NCBI GenBank assembly: GCA_015232405.1
Contig: JADFZS010000003.1
Span: 13,433 to 77,432 of the forward strand
DNA: 64,000 bases
Reading direction: 5' to 3'
Source of the DNA: Magnetococcales bacterium
GTDB taxonomy: Bacteria > Pseudomonadota > Magnetococcia > Magnetococcales > JADFYX01
The notes under the pieces are model-generated. The model searched no databases and had not been told where the DNA came from. It worked only from the letters and a program-made list of their open reading frames with translations. A program made the translations under genes and the position numbers. Each line of letters opens with the position of its first letter. Within the stretch, counting starts at the first letter, position 1. Of this stretch, positions 8,193 through 18,770 are shown piece after piece.

Positions 8193-9461
8193 ATGGAGCT
8201 ACTTATTCAACTGCTGGTAATTTTAATTTTTCTGATTCTCAAAGGCTTTTTCTCCGGCTCTGAGATTGCGATGGTCAACTGTGACAAAATTAAAATGCGT
8301 CACAAAGCAAAAATGGGCGACAAAGGTGCTGGACTGGTCTTGAAACTGTTTAAAACTCCCGATGTGATATTGGGCACCACACTTGTTGGAACCAATATTG
8401 CTACAGTGACGATCACCACCTTGGCTACCTTAATTTTTATTGATCTTTTTGGCTCCCATGGTGATCTGTTGTCGGTTTTGGTTTTCACCCCATTTTTATT
8501 GATCATTGGGGAGATTGTGCCAAAAAGTGTTTATCAACAGAAAGCTGACGCTATGGCACCGTATATCATTTATGGTTTACGGTTTTTTTCCATTTTGTTT
8601 TTCCCGGTTATTTTTATTTTTTCCCGGGTTGCAAGAGTTGCCACCAAACTTTTTGGTGGAGCAAGCGGTAACCAGTCTGGGTTTATTACCAGAGAGGAGA
8701 TCCGTATGTTACTTGAAATGTCGGAAAATAGCTCAAGTAGCATTAGTCGGGGTTTTGATAAATCCCGTATTAAGCGTATTATACGATTTGCCGATACAAC
8801 TGTAGGTGAAGCTATGATACCATTGGCAGAGGTGGCTGGGTTAGATGAGAACACATTGATGGGTGAGGCAATGGACTATGTCTGGAGCAAAGGTTATAAC
8901 CGCCTGCCCATATATAAAGATAATCTTACCAATGTTATAGGAGTATTAACCCTCAACACATGGGATCTGATGGATGTAGAGTTGGCAAACAAACCAATAT
9001 CTGAGTTTGTGCAGGAACCTCTCTACATATCTCCCAAGCAGACTATCGACCAAACTTTACCTACTATGCAACATCGTTTGGATCATATGGGAATTGTTGT
9101 TGACGAGTTCGGCTCTGCTATTGGTATACTAACCATGGAAGATGTTTTTGAAGAGGTGGTTGGTGAGATTGATGTTGGGTATGATTTTGATGAATATCAC
9201 CCAAAACGTAACAAGACGGTAATAGAACAAGAGGGAGAGGATGAGTATGTGGTGGATGGTAGAACCCCCATGTCTCAGATAAATGATGCTCTATACACCA
9301 GTTTTCCGTTGGGGGATGCCCATACTGTAGCAGGTCTGATTTTAAATAGATTACGTACCATTCCCAAAGCGGGTGCATATATTGTAGAACAAGATTATAA
9401 ATTTACTGTACGTCAAGCAAATAGCCGTACAATATTGAAAGTCCACATACAGAGGGTTTGA
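8193..9461 (+). CDS. Second DUF21-CBS-CorC_HlyC family transporter (tandem paralog)
   Basis: FFSGSEIAMVNCD...GEIVPKS..., a CBS pair (AMIPLAEV...NRLPIY...IGILTMEDVFEEVVGEI) and a CorC tail. I prefer ATG 8193, after GGAGG and 4 nt past the upstream stop, over the tracked 8118 start. Confidence 0.85.
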   Translation: MELLIQLLVILIFLILKGFFSGSEIAMVNCDKIKMRHKAKMGDKGAGLVLKLFKTPDVILGTTLVGTNIATVTITTLATLIFIDLFGSHGDLLSVLVFTPFLLIIGEIVPKSVYQQKADAMAPYIIYGLRFFSILFFPVIFIFSRVARVATKLFGGASGNQSGFITREEIRMLLEMSENSSSSISRGFDKSRIKRIIRFADTTVGEAMIPLAEVAGLDENTLMGEAMDYVWSKGYNRLPIYKDNLTNVIGVLTLNTWDLMDVELANKPISEFVQEPLYISPKQTIDQTLPTMQHRLDHMGIVVDEFGSAIGILTMEDVFEEVVGEIDVGYDFDEYHPKRNKTVIEQEGEDEYVVDGRTPMSQINDALYTSFPLGDAHTVAGLILNRLRTIPKAGAYIVEQDYKFTVRQANSRTILKVHIQRV

Positions 9462-9481
9462 CTTAAAAGGAAAACAATACA

Positions 9482-10186
9482 ATGGCAAATGATACCTTGA
9501 AAATTATTCAATCTATTGTTGGAGCTGATCTTTACGCCACCACAAAAAAAGCCACCAATAGCAAAGGGGCAAAAACCCCACTGGTGACCATCTCACGCTT
9601 TTATGGTGCTGGCAGCGGTGATGTTTCTCGTCTACTAGCCGAAAGGTTATCGGTGCAGTTCTATGATAAAGATCTGCTAAAAGCCATTGTAAAAGACGCC
9701 AAGGCAGATAAACATCTCCTCAACCGTCTTGATGAGAGAGTCATTAATTTGGCTGATGAACTGCTCCACTCGTTTTTCTCCAAAAAAAGTACAAACAAAG
9801 ACTCATTTTTACGCTATATGGCCAAGGTTATTCTTGGTATTGGCCCATCAGGTGGTGTGATCATCGGCAGAGGTGCTCATCTGATTCTACCTAAAGAGAG
9901 AACTTTCCGCATTCGCCTTGAAGGATCAATGCAAGAGTGTGTAAAACGTGTTGCCAAGCGTAAATCAATGAAAAAAAGCAAGGCGGAAAAGCTGATCAAG
10001 AAAATGAACAAAGAACGGGATAGTTTTCAGAAAGATCTTGCAAAACGCTATCCCACAAGTATTGATAGTTATGATATAACCCTGAATACAGACAGTTTTA
10101 CCCCACAACAGTGTGTTGATATCATTGTTTTGGCGATGCGTGAGGTGGGCTTTAAAATTCCACCACAGTCAAAAAAGAGTGCTTAA
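9482..10186 (+). CDS. Cytidylate kinase-like family protein (AAA/NMP-kinase fold, function unknown)
   Basis: VTISRFYGAGSGDVSRLLAERLSVQFYDKDLL...GGVIIGRGAH resembles the cytidylate-kinase-like family signature. Confidence 0.6.
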   Translation: MANDTLKIIQSIVGADLYATTKKATNSKGAKTPLVTISRFYGAGSGDVSRLLAERLSVQFYDKDLLKAIVKDAKADKHLLNRLDERVINLADELLHSFFSKKSTNKDSFLRYMAKVILGIGPSGGVIIGRGAHLILPKERTFRIRLEGSMQECVKRVAKRKSMKKSKAEKLIKKMNKERDSFQKDLAKRYPTSIDSYDITLNTDSFTPQQCVDIIVLAMREVGFKIPPQSKKSA

Positions 10187-10274
10187 GGGTTTATCTTGCC
10201 TAACTTAATCAACAATTTTCTACACTGCCCAAATTTTGCGCCAGATTTTGATTTAGCAACCTTGAGGTAAGACA

Positions 10275-10604
10275 ATGGCGGAAGAGAACGAGACAGAAGC
10301 GCCAGCCCCGGCCCCGGCGGAAGACAAGTCGGCATCACCCCCTGCAGAGGGAGGATCAGGTGGCAAATTAATGCCTATTTTTTTCCTCCTTATGTTACTT
10401 GCAGGGCTTGGTGGGGCTTATGTCTACCTTGATGAGAAGGTGCAAATCAAGATTAAAGAGTTTGATAAAAGATGGGCTGATAAACAGGTGGATCTGCGTA
10501 GCATGGCGCGACAGAGGATGTATGACACAAGTCAGAGCCACCTGCAAACTGAGATGATGGACCGTTGGCGAGAAAATAACTCCAGCGATACTGCGCCCCA
10601 ATAA
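10275..10604 (+). CDS. Hypothetical single-pass membrane protein with an acidic, Pro/Ala-rich N-terminus
   Basis: ORF with GAGG upstream and one hydrophobic helix (LMPIFFLLMLLAGLGGAYVY). No domain recognised. Confidence 0.4.
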   Translation: MAEENETEAPAPAPAEDKSASPPAEGGSGGKLMPIFFLLMLLAGLGGAYVYLDEKVQIKIKEFDKRWADKQVDLRSMARQRMYDTSQSHLQTEMMDRWRENNSSDTAPQ

Positions 10605-10618
10605 AAAACTGTGCTATA

Positions 10619-11257
10619 ATGAAATCAGGCCAAAAAAAAGCTGTTAGGATTAAAATTTGCGGTTTTACCCATAAAGATGATTTAAAAATAGCAATTCAAG
10701 CTGGAGTAGATGCCATTGGTTTGGTTTTCTACCCACCTTCACCACGCTCGGTAACCATTGAACAGGGGGCGCAATTAGTAGCGGACCTACCACCTTTTGT
10801 TACTATTACCGGGCTATTTGTAAATGCTAGCCCCGGGACCATCAGCCAAGCTTGCGAACAATGCAAACTTGATATTATTCAGCTACATGGCGATGAATCA
10901 CCCGATGATTGTCTCAACCTACCCCGAAGGGTGATTAAAGCCCACCGGATAGAAACTAATGAAGATTTTATTGGTCTGGATAAATACCGGGTCTCAGGTC
11001 TTCTACTAGACGCAAAGGTAAAAGGGCTTTATGGTGGTAGCGGAGAATCATTTGACTGGTCTCTACTCTCTTCGTATCATGCCCCTGCCCCACTGATTTT
11101 AGCAGGTGGATTAAACCCAGATAATGTGGCGGAGGCAATAGAGCAAGTCAACCCATATGGCGTTGATGTCTCTTCAGGAGTAGAGTCCACACCGGGTAGA
11201 AAAGATGCATCTAAAATTATTCGCTTCATCCAAGAAGTAAAACAGGCCACATTTTAA
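10619..11257 (+). CDS. trpF: Phosphoribosylanthranilate isomerase
   Basis: VRIKICGFT...AGVDAIGLVFYPPSPR...IQLHGDE...GGSGESFDW...ILAGGLNPDNV...GVDVSSGVE. Confidence 0.85.
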   Translation: MKSGQKKAVRIKICGFTHKDDLKIAIQAGVDAIGLVFYPPSPRSVTIEQGAQLVADLPPFVTITGLFVNASPGTISQACEQCKLDIIQLHGDESPDDCLNLPRRVIKAHRIETNEDFIGLDKYRVSGLLLDAKVKGLYGGSGESFDWSLLSSYHAPAPLILAGGLNPDNVAEAIEQVNPYGVDVSSGVESTPGRKDASKIIRFIQEVKQATF

Positions 11258-11273
11258 AAAATAGAGTATCTCC

Positions 11274-12173
11274 ATGAACTGGATCACACAATTAATCAAG
11301 CCAAAAATCAAAGATAATGCCCGTCGGATACAGACACCTGAAGGGTTGTGGACAAAATGTGAGCCTTGCGGCAAAGCACTTTTTAAAAAAGAGTTAGAGA
11401 GAGCCTTGCACGTCTGCCCCAACTGCAACAACCATCTTAGAATTTCTGGCCTTGACCGTATTGACATCACCTTGGACAAAGAGAACCGTCAGGAGCTGTT
11501 CTCTGGTCTACACCCAAGTGACCCACTTAAATTTAAAGATAAAATCAAATATAAAGACCGCATTAAAGAGGCCAAGAAAAAAACCGGAACCAACGATGCT
11601 GTACGGGTGTTCAAAGGAACCATAAAAACCATACCTGTTGTTGTTACCGCCTTTGATTTTCATTTTCTTGCTGGCTCTATGGGATCTGTTGCAGGAGCAA
11701 AGGTGGCCCAGGGGGCATTGGCAGCAGTTGACAATAACTGTGGCTATGTAGTTTTTTCAGCCTCTGGTGGTGCAAGAATGCAGGAGGGCATTCTCTCCCT
11801 CATGCAGATGGCAAAAACCTCGGCAGCCCTGACCAAACTAGATGAAGCTGGTCTTCCCTATATTTCAGTTTTAACCGATCCCACAACAGGTGGTGTTACC
11901 GCTTCATTTGCCATGCTAGGAGATCTTATTCTTGCCGAGCCAAATGCCCTTATCTGTTTTGCTGGTCCCAGGGTAATTGAACAGACGGTGAGAGAGACCC
12001 TACCGGAAGGTTTTCAGCGTAGTGAATATCTATTGGAACATGGATTTATTGATCAGATTTGTAACCGCCATGAAATGAGAGATAAAATATCCGATATTCT
12101 ATCACGTCTGACACATACCGCCCCTGCTGGGAACAAAGAGACCCAGTTTGAGCTACCTCTCTCTATGGAATAA
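11274..12173 (+). CDS. accD: Acetyl-CoA carboxylase carboxyltransferase beta subunit
   Basis: N-terminal zinc ribbon (CEPCGKALFKKELERALHVCPNCNNH) followed by FHFLAGSMGSV...SASGGARMQEG...LTDPTTGGVTASFA. Confidence 0.9.
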   Translation: MNWITQLIKPKIKDNARRIQTPEGLWTKCEPCGKALFKKELERALHVCPNCNNHLRISGLDRIDITLDKENRQELFSGLHPSDPLKFKDKIKYKDRIKEAKKKTGTNDAVRVFKGTIKTIPVVVTAFDFHFLAGSMGSVAGAKVAQGALAAVDNNCGYVVFSASGGARMQEGILSLMQMAKTSAALTKLDEAGLPYISVLTDPTTGGVTASFAMLGDLILAEPNALICFAGPRVIEQTVRETLPEGFQRSEYLLEHGFIDQICNRHEMRDKISDILSRLTHTAPAGNKETQFELPLSME

Positions 12174-12179
12174 TATTTT

Positions 12180-13487
12180 TTGATCCACCCCCTATCTTTA
12201 GAGACCCTGCTGCGACAATCCCAAGAGCATGAAACTGGTGGGGTTGTTCTTGGTCTTAGCCGTGTTGAACAGCTCCTTGATGCCTTGGGCAACCCCCAAC
12301 AAGGTTTGCAGTTTATCCATGTGGCAGGAACCAATGGCAAGGGGTCTGTTGTGGCTTTTCTTGCAGCAATTTTGCGCAAGGCAAATATCAAGGTGGGAGT
12401 TTACACATCCCCTCACCTCATTAAGTTTAACGAACGGATTACAGTTGACCAAAAGCAGATTGCCGACAAAGATCTAAGAGATAATTTACAAAAGGTTCTC
12501 GATGTTTGTCGCAATGAAAATATTCCTGCCAGTTTTTTTGAGATAACAACCGCAACAGCCCTACTCTATTTTGCCAACATGGGTCTTGCAAAAAATGGCG
12601 ACAAATCCAGCATTGTGATTCTTGAAACCGGCCTTGGGGGCCGTTTGGATGCCACAAATGTTGTGGACCCCCTACTCTGCCTTATCACCTCCATTGCCCA
12701 CGATCATGAAAATTTTTTAGGTAGCAACTTAAACCAAATTGCCAAGGAAAAGGCGGGCATTATTAAACCTGGAGTACATGTCGTTGCTGCACCAGGCAGC
12801 CTAGAGGCAGAAAAGGCTATTAGTGACAAAGCAGCACAAGTAGCTGCCAACCTAGAGCTTATGGGTAGGAATTTTAATTTTAAAATAACCCAGCCGACTT
12901 CAAATAGCTGGCAATTTCAAGATCAGAAAGGTCAGTTATCTCTGCCCAAACCGGGCCTTGAAGGGGAGCATCAATATATAAACTGTGCCCTGGCTGTAGC
13001 TGGCATACGTATTTTGGCAGATATGGGTTGGCATATACCAAGCAGGGCAATAAGTGATGGTGTTAATGAAGTTTCATGGCCGGGTCGGCTACAGTGGTAT
13101 AAAGAAAAAAATCCAGCAATTTTGTTGGATGGCGCCCACAATCTTGATGCAGCCAGAACTCTTAAACAATATCTTAATTCAATATATGACAAAACCCACG
13201 CTTTTATACTAATTTTTGCCGCCCTGAAAAACAAAAATGTCACTGGTATCATCAACACCTTATCTCCCATGATCCATAGTGTTTTTACCGTAGGGGTTGG
13301 TGGTGAACGAGGGATAGATTCCGCAGAATTAGCAAAACTATGGCAAGACTCAGGAGTACTAGCTACACCATGCAATTCAGCAAAAGAGGCATTAGCCATG
13401 GCCAGGTCTCAGTCTCACCCGCAACAGATTATATTGGTCGCAGGTTCGCTATATCTGGTAGGAGAGATACAAACTCTGGTACAATGA
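12180..13487 (+). CDS. folC: Bifunctional folylpolyglutamate synthase / dihydrofolate synthase
   Basis: HVAGTNGKGS P-loop, ETGLGGRLDATN, ITSIAHDHENFLG, KAGIIKPG and LDGAHN. accD-folC synteny. The start is TTG as tracked and is uncertain. Confidence 0.85.
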   Translation: MIHPLSLETLLRQSQEHETGGVVLGLSRVEQLLDALGNPQQGLQFIHVAGTNGKGSVVAFLAAILRKANIKVGVYTSPHLIKFNERITVDQKQIADKDLRDNLQKVLDVCRNENIPASFFEITTATALLYFANMGLAKNGDKSSIVILETGLGGRLDATNVVDPLLCLITSIAHDHENFLGSNLNQIAKEKAGIIKPGVHVVAAPGSLEAEKAISDKAAQVAANLELMGRNFNFKITQPTSNSWQFQDQKGQLSLPKPGLEGEHQYINCALAVAGIRILADMGWHIPSRAISDGVNEVSWPGRLQWYKEKNPAILLDGAHNLDAARTLKQYLNSIYDKTHAFILIFAALKNKNVTGIINTLSPMIHSVFTVGVGGERGIDSAELAKLWQDSGVLATPCNSAKEALAMARSQSHPQQIILVAGSLYLVGEIQTLVQ

Positions 13488-13570
13488 TACAGATTGTTAA
13501 TACATATTTAGGAATTATATCCTGAACTGTATATTTCATTACATGCAAAAGTTTATCAGAGATTAAAACT

Positions 13571-15763
13571 ATGATAGCCAAAAAACCTTTTTGCCATAAC
13601 ACCAACAATCGTGGTGGCGAGAAGAAGGTACTACATATACTTGGCGCCTTAGCTATTGTTTTATCAATATCAGCACAAACCCAGCTCCAAGCCCAAGAGG
13701 TTCCCCTCGATATAGAGGCAGACAACCTCACTGTTGATAAATCCACAAACGATATGTCTGCCAGTGGTAATGTTATTATTGAACAAAAAGGTCTCTTTAC
13801 ACTCAAAGCAGATGAGGCGCAATATGATGGTGAGGATGAAACCCTCTCAGCCAAAGGCTCTGTAAAACTCTCCCATAAACAGGACATTTTTTTTAGTGAT
13901 AGTATCTATCTCGATTTTGCAAATGAAGAGGGAGAGATGGTCAACTCTACCATGGATATGGAAGGGTTCGGTGGTCGCGGTGGAGCACAACTGGTGGTAT
14001 TGACAGATAAAAAAACATTGGAAATGGATGAAGGCTGGTACACCAACTGTGAATGTGATGATCCGGCATGGCACATAACAGCCAAAACAATTGTGGTGGA
14101 CCGAGATGCCAACAATGTTACCGCCAAAGGAATGAAGCTCTATATCAAAAATACCCAGGTTGCATGGCTACCAATGTGGAGCCAGGCTTTAAGGCCAGAG
14201 CGTAAAAGCGGCTTTCTCACACCCAAATTTCGTTTTTCTGGCAGCAACGGTTTTGAACTTGAAACCCCATATTATTGGAATATCGCCCCAGACAAAGATA
14301 TGACCATAGCCCCCCGTAGTATAAGCAAGCGAGGAACCATGGGCAAAGCTGAATATCGTTATATTGGTCATGGCTACCAGGGACAGTTCAATACCAACCT
14401 GATTCATGATGAATTTGAGAACCAGGACCGTGGGTTGACCACCTTTTCCCATAATCATAGAAAATGGGGTTGGGATATATCAGTTGCAGGAAAATATAGT
14501 AAAACTCGGGACTTCATAAACGATTTTGAACAAGATCTGGTGGATAACAACTCCAGGAGATTGGAGTCTCATATTTTATTGGATCGCCAATGGATAAGAG
14601 ATGATGGTTATTTAGATGTTCAGACAGGAATGTTGTGGTATCAAGATCTAGAACAGAGCAATGATAAATTCACCATCCAGAGTCTGCCATATATTTACGC
14701 TTTTGATAGCCGCCCCCTTTCAGATTTGGAATATGGTAAAAGTTGGCGTTTACAGAGCGATATTCGCATAGATAATTTTTTCCAGCTATCGGGAGACTCC
14801 GTACAACGTCTTGATCTTGCCCCTACCATACACTACAACAAACCTGTCCATGTTGGTAATTTAAGTGCCCAGATGGGAGTTAGAGAGACCACATATGTGA
14901 TTCAGGGCGACCCCAACCAAGCAGGTGTTGACTATGAAAGCACAGAACACCGGGAAGCAGCCAATATAAGTGTTCGCCTTGATAGCAAGCTTTCTAAACG
15001 TGTTATGGGTAGTCGTCAACATACAATTGAACCATCTATAGAGTACGTGGCAAACATTACAACCGACCAAAGTATGCTACCTAATTACGATTCAACACTG
15101 CGTAATTTAAGTACCTCAAACCTCTTTATGAGTAACCAATATTCAGGTACTGACCGTATTAGCGAAGGACAATGGATCAGCTATGGTATAACCTCACGGT
15201 TGATCAGTCTGGTTGAACATAACTCCCTCATGGAGACAGCAACCTTTAAAATTGGTCAACGTTGGGCACCTCCTGGAGATAGGGAAGATTTTAGCGGCTA
15301 TGCAACCTCTGATATTGTCAGCAGTTTAGATCTTAATTTTACTGGAGGATGGTCTGCCCATACCAGTAACCGCTATAATCCCCATGATCAGGAGATTATG
15401 AGGACAGATGCCAACGTTACATATGTAAATAAAAAAGGTAATCACATCTCCATGGGTTATCATTTCAACCAACCAAGTACAGTTGCCTTGGTGGAAGATA
15501 GTAGCGAACGCAGTGAAGATATCACCCTCAGTGCTGGAGTACGGACTTCCAACAACTGGCACTACACCCAAAAAGCTGCTTATTCCTTAGAAAATAGTCA
15601 GATAAAAAGTTGGGCAACTGTGTTAGAATATGTAGATAGTTGCTGGTCTCTTGGTATAAAATTGGGTAATAATCTCTCAACAGATTCTGCAAATTCTGAC
15701 TACAACGGTAACTACTTTGGCTTTATTTTCACTCTCAAAGGTCTCGGTGGTTACGGTACATAG
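13571..15763 (+). CDS. lptD: LPS-assembly outer membrane protein LptD
   Basis: Signal peptide, an OstA-like N-terminal domain (LDIEADNLTVDKSTNDMSASGNVIIEQ...LKADEAQYD) and a long beta-barrel region. Conserved lptD-surA-pdxA order. Confidence 0.85.
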   Translation: MIAKKPFCHNTNNRGGEKKVLHILGALAIVLSISAQTQLQAQEVPLDIEADNLTVDKSTNDMSASGNVIIEQKGLFTLKADEAQYDGEDETLSAKGSVKLSHKQDIFFSDSIYLDFANEEGEMVNSTMDMEGFGGRGGAQLVVLTDKKTLEMDEGWYTNCECDDPAWHITAKTIVVDRDANNVTAKGMKLYIKNTQVAWLPMWSQALRPERKSGFLTPKFRFSGSNGFELETPYYWNIAPDKDMTIAPRSISKRGTMGKAEYRYIGHGYQGQFNTNLIHDEFENQDRGLTTFSHNHRKWGWDISVAGKYSKTRDFINDFEQDLVDNNSRRLESHILLDRQWIRDDGYLDVQTGMLWYQDLEQSNDKFTIQSLPYIYAFDSRPLSDLEYGKSWRLQSDIRIDNFFQLSGDSVQRLDLAPTIHYNKPVHVGNLSAQMGVRETTYVIQGDPNQAGVDYESTEHREAANISVRLDSKLSKRVMGSRQHTIEPSIEYVANITTDQSMLPNYDSTLRNLSTSNLFMSNQYSGTDRISEGQWISYGITSRLISLVEHNSLMETATFKIGQRWAPPGDREDFSGYATSDIVSSLDLNFTGGWSAHTSNRYNPHDQEIMRTDANVTYVNKKGNHISMGYHFNQPSTVALVEDSSERSEDITLSAGVRTSNNWHYTQKAAYSLENSQIKSWATVLEYVDSCWSLGIKLGNNLSTDSANSDYNGNYFGFIFTLKGLGGYGT

Positions 15764-15774
15764 GATAGTAATAA

Positions 15775-17112
15775 ATGTTTAAGTTCAACCATAATCCAAT
15801 ACCTGTTTTAACTCTCTTGATGTTGGCACTTACCATAGCATTTACTGCTGATGGTTTTTCCCAGCCTCTTGATAGAATCGTAGCAATTGTTGAAGCGCAA
15901 AATGTTACTGAAACAAAGGTAAAGCCCCACATTATAACTCAATCTGAGCTTAATCAAGCTATGGCCCCGGTGATGGCTCGACTGAGAAAATCTGGTGCTA
16001 GGGTAGATATTGCCAAAGTTGCAAAAAACAGCCTGGATGAACTTGTAATGACTGCCTTGAGAGATCAAAGGGCAAAACAGCTCTCCATCACCGTAACAGA
16101 TCAAGATCTGATGGCTATGGAAAGAACAATAGAGATAAACAACAACCTACCCCGAGGCTCTCTGTATCAAGCTTTACGCAACAAGGGAGTTGATCCTGTA
16201 TCATACAAAGAAGATTTAAAGGGTAAGATGATCCAGAGCCGACTGATGAACCGGATTATCCGCCCCCTTGTTTCTGTTTCTGAAGAGGAGATTACAGACC
16301 TATTTCAAAAAAAGACCGAAAACAAGGACGGTTATTTTGAGTTTCAGATAGGTCAGATTATGCTTGAGGTAAATAACACTAACCCAAGCTATGCAATTAA
16401 TGTTAGAGGCCCTCTTGCTATGGAGTTGATAAACCGCCTGAATAATGGCGAGAGTCTTGATGCCCTGGCGAGCCAATATTCCGATGGTGCAAATAGACTT
16501 AATGGTGGGAATATGGGTTGGTATACAATGGACAAACTAAACCCACAAGTTGCAAAATTTATTAAAGATATGGAGATTGGTGAGGTATCAGAACTCATAC
16601 GTTCTCACCAGGGGTTACATATATTTATGTTACTTGACAAGCGTTTTGTAAAAACTGAAAAACAGTTTGTTATCAAATACAAATTAAAAGCCCAACATAT
16701 ACTACTGTCAGCTTTTTCTGATAGCGACAACCAAGAAAAGCTAGAAGAGATCAAAAAAATTAGAGCTGAATTTGTTGAAGACAAAGTCAGTTTTGCCACC
16801 TTGGCTAAAAAATATTCAAAGGATAGAACTGCACAAAATGGTGGTGAGCTGGATTGGTTTAGTGAAGGTGAAATAATACCGGAGTTTGAAAAAGCAGCCT
16901 TTGAGCTTGAGGTAGGAGAGATAAGTCAACCTGTTAAAAGTCGATTTGGTTGGCATCTTATTTTGGTAAATGAAAAAGAGGTTCTAGATCCAGAATCACT
17001 GGCAGCCAGACGAAAAGAACTTGAAAAACAGATAATGGATGCAAAGATGGATAAACGCTATAAACAGTGGCAGCGTGACCTAAGAGCCAGGGCCTTTGTC
17101 GAAATACGGTGA
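15775..17112 (+). CDS. surA: Periplasmic chaperone / peptidyl-prolyl isomerase SurA
   Basis: Signal peptide, a SurA N-domain and two parvulin domains (GGNMGWYTMDKL...HQGLHIFML and GGELDWFSEGEIIPEFE...RFGWHLILV). Confidence 0.85.
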   Translation: MFKFNHNPIPVLTLLMLALTIAFTADGFSQPLDRIVAIVEAQNVTETKVKPHIITQSELNQAMAPVMARLRKSGARVDIAKVAKNSLDELVMTALRDQRAKQLSITVTDQDLMAMERTIEINNNLPRGSLYQALRNKGVDPVSYKEDLKGKMIQSRLMNRIIRPLVSVSEEEITDLFQKKTENKDGYFEFQIGQIMLEVNNTNPSYAINVRGPLAMELINRLNNGESLDALASQYSDGANRLNGGNMGWYTMDKLNPQVAKFIKDMEIGEVSELIRSHQGLHIFMLLDKRFVKTEKQFVIKYKLKAQHILLSAFSDSDNQEKLEEIKKIRAEFVEDKVSFATLAKKYSKDRTAQNGGELDWFSEGEIIPEFEKAAFELEVGEISQPVKSRFGWHLILVNEKEVLDPESLAARRKELEKQIMDAKMDKRYKQWQRDLRARAFVEIR

Positions 17113-18119
17113 TTGCAATAACCCAAGGAGACCCGGCCGGTATAGGACCAGAGGTAACCATAAAAGGCTTTACTCCAGAGCCTAGACGTGTTCATATCGG
17201 TGATGAATCACTATATAGAGAGTGTGCCAAATCTCTAGGTAGCAAAATCCCCATGCAGAGTGTTGCAACTGTAAAAGAGGCAACTCAACTGCCCTCTGAT
17301 ATATTTGCTATTTTGGCTCCAAAAGATAAACAAAAAAATCGTGTAACAGGCGATGCTGCAACCACCGTTGAGAGTATCCGCTTTGCTTGCCAACTTGCAA
17401 CAACATCAGATGTTCAAGCAGTAGTAACCCCACCAATCAACAAAGCAGCTTTACATAAAGCAGGCTATAATTTTCCTGGTCACACCGAAATGCTTGCCAC
17501 ATATACAGGGGTAAAAAATCCTGTAATGATGTTGGCAACAAAAGGTTTAAAGGTGGTTCCTGCCACTATTCACCAAGCCTTGGCAGATGTACCCAAAAAC
17601 CTGACCAAGCAACTGTTAGAGCAGGTAATACGTACTACATATAGAGCTATGCAGCTAGATTTTGCCATTAAATTCCCCCGTATAACTATAGCTGGCCTCA
17701 ATCCCCACGCTGGTGAAGATGGGGCATTTGGTAGTGAGGAGTTGGATATAATATCTCCCCTATGTGATGATCTGCAAAAAGAGCTGTGTAATAACGGTTC
17801 TGGAGAGATACGAGGCCCACTACCTGCTGATACTCTTTTTCACAAGGCAGCAAGAAAAGAGTATGATGCAGTTATATGCATGTACCATGATCAAGCCCTT
17901 ATTCCTTTAAAAATGATGGGGTTTGGTCATGCTGTAAACATCACCTTGGGGCTTCCTATTGTCCGTACCAGTGTGGATCACGGTACGGCTTATAACATTG
18001 CTGGCAGAGGTGTTGCAGATGCAACTTCTTTTATGGAGGCGGTAAAAATGGCTGGGCTTATAGTAGCCAATCGGCAAAAAACAGATTGTAATGGCTCTAT
18101 GCTTCGTCTGGCTCTTTGA
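17109..18119 (+). CDS. pdxA: 4-hydroxythreonine-4-phosphate dehydrogenase
   Basis: ITQGDPAGIGPE, FPGHTEMLA, GLNPHAGEDG, MYHDQALIPLK and RTSVDHGTA. The GTG start overlaps the surA stop. Confidence 0.9.
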   Translation: MIAITQGDPAGIGPEVTIKGFTPEPRRVHIGDESLYRECAKSLGSKIPMQSVATVKEATQLPSDIFAILAPKDKQKNRVTGDAATTVESIRFACQLATTSDVQAVVTPPINKAALHKAGYNFPGHTEMLATYTGVKNPVMMLATKGLKVVPATIHQALADVPKNLTKQLLEQVIRTTYRAMQLDFAIKFPRITIAGLNPHAGEDGAFGSEELDIISPLCDDLQKELCNNGSGEIRGPLPADTLFHKAARKEYDAVICMYHDQALIPLKMMGFGHAVNITLGLPIVRTSVDHGTAYNIAGRGVADATSFMEAVKMAGLIVANRQKTDCNGSMLRLAL

Positions 18120-18636
18120 TGTAACGGGACAGAACTATCCCTTGGGCAACAATAAAAATCAACATCAGCCCCATCAGGCCAAACATTTTAAAATTGACCC
18201 AGGTGTTCTCATCAAAATTTTTAGCTACATAGATATTCAGTGCACCGGAAAAAACAAAAAATGCAACCCAAGCCAGATTAAGACGAGACCATGTAGATTG
18301 GGGCATATTCATCTGTTTACCCGCCAATCTTTGGATTATGACCTTATCGCCGATAAAGTGGCTGGCTAGAAATGCTCCAGCCATAATCCACTGTAATACT
18401 GTGGGTTTCCATTGAATAAAAAGAGGGTCGCGAAACAGTAGAGTAGCACCACCAAAAACCAGAAGTAGAGCAAGGGTCAATAGTTGAACTTTGGGAACAT
18501 GTCTATGGCGAAACCACTGGAAGGCAACTTGGGCTGCTACAGTTGCAATTAACACAGCAGTGGCAATATATATATCAGTAGCTTTATAAACAGCAAAAAA
18601 TATTAAAACAGGAAGAAAATCTTTTAGTGCTGCCAT
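18097..18636 (-). CDS. yciB: Intracellular septation protein A (YciB/IspZ family)
   Basis: LKDFLPVLIFFAVYKATDIYIATAVLI... followed by five hydrophobic helices. Length of about 179 aa is typical of YciB. Confidence 0.8.
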   Translation of the reverse strand: MAALKDFLPVLIFFAVYKATDIYIATAVLIATVAAQVAFQWFRHRHVPKVQLLTLALLLVFGGATLLFRDPLFIQWKPTVLQWIMAGAFLASHFIGDKVIIQRLAGKQMNMPQSTWSRLNLAWVAFFVFSGALNIYVAKNFDENTWVNFKMFGLMGLMLIFIVAQGIVLSRYIKEPDEA

Positions 18637-18770
18637 GGAACACCCCTTGCGTCATATTAAAAATTATGGTGAATCTAACCCAGATAAAAACATCTAACCA
18701 GGAATTTTCCCGATATTTTATATAATCGCACAAGTTTTTAAAAAATATTACAAAACAGGAACAGACAAGT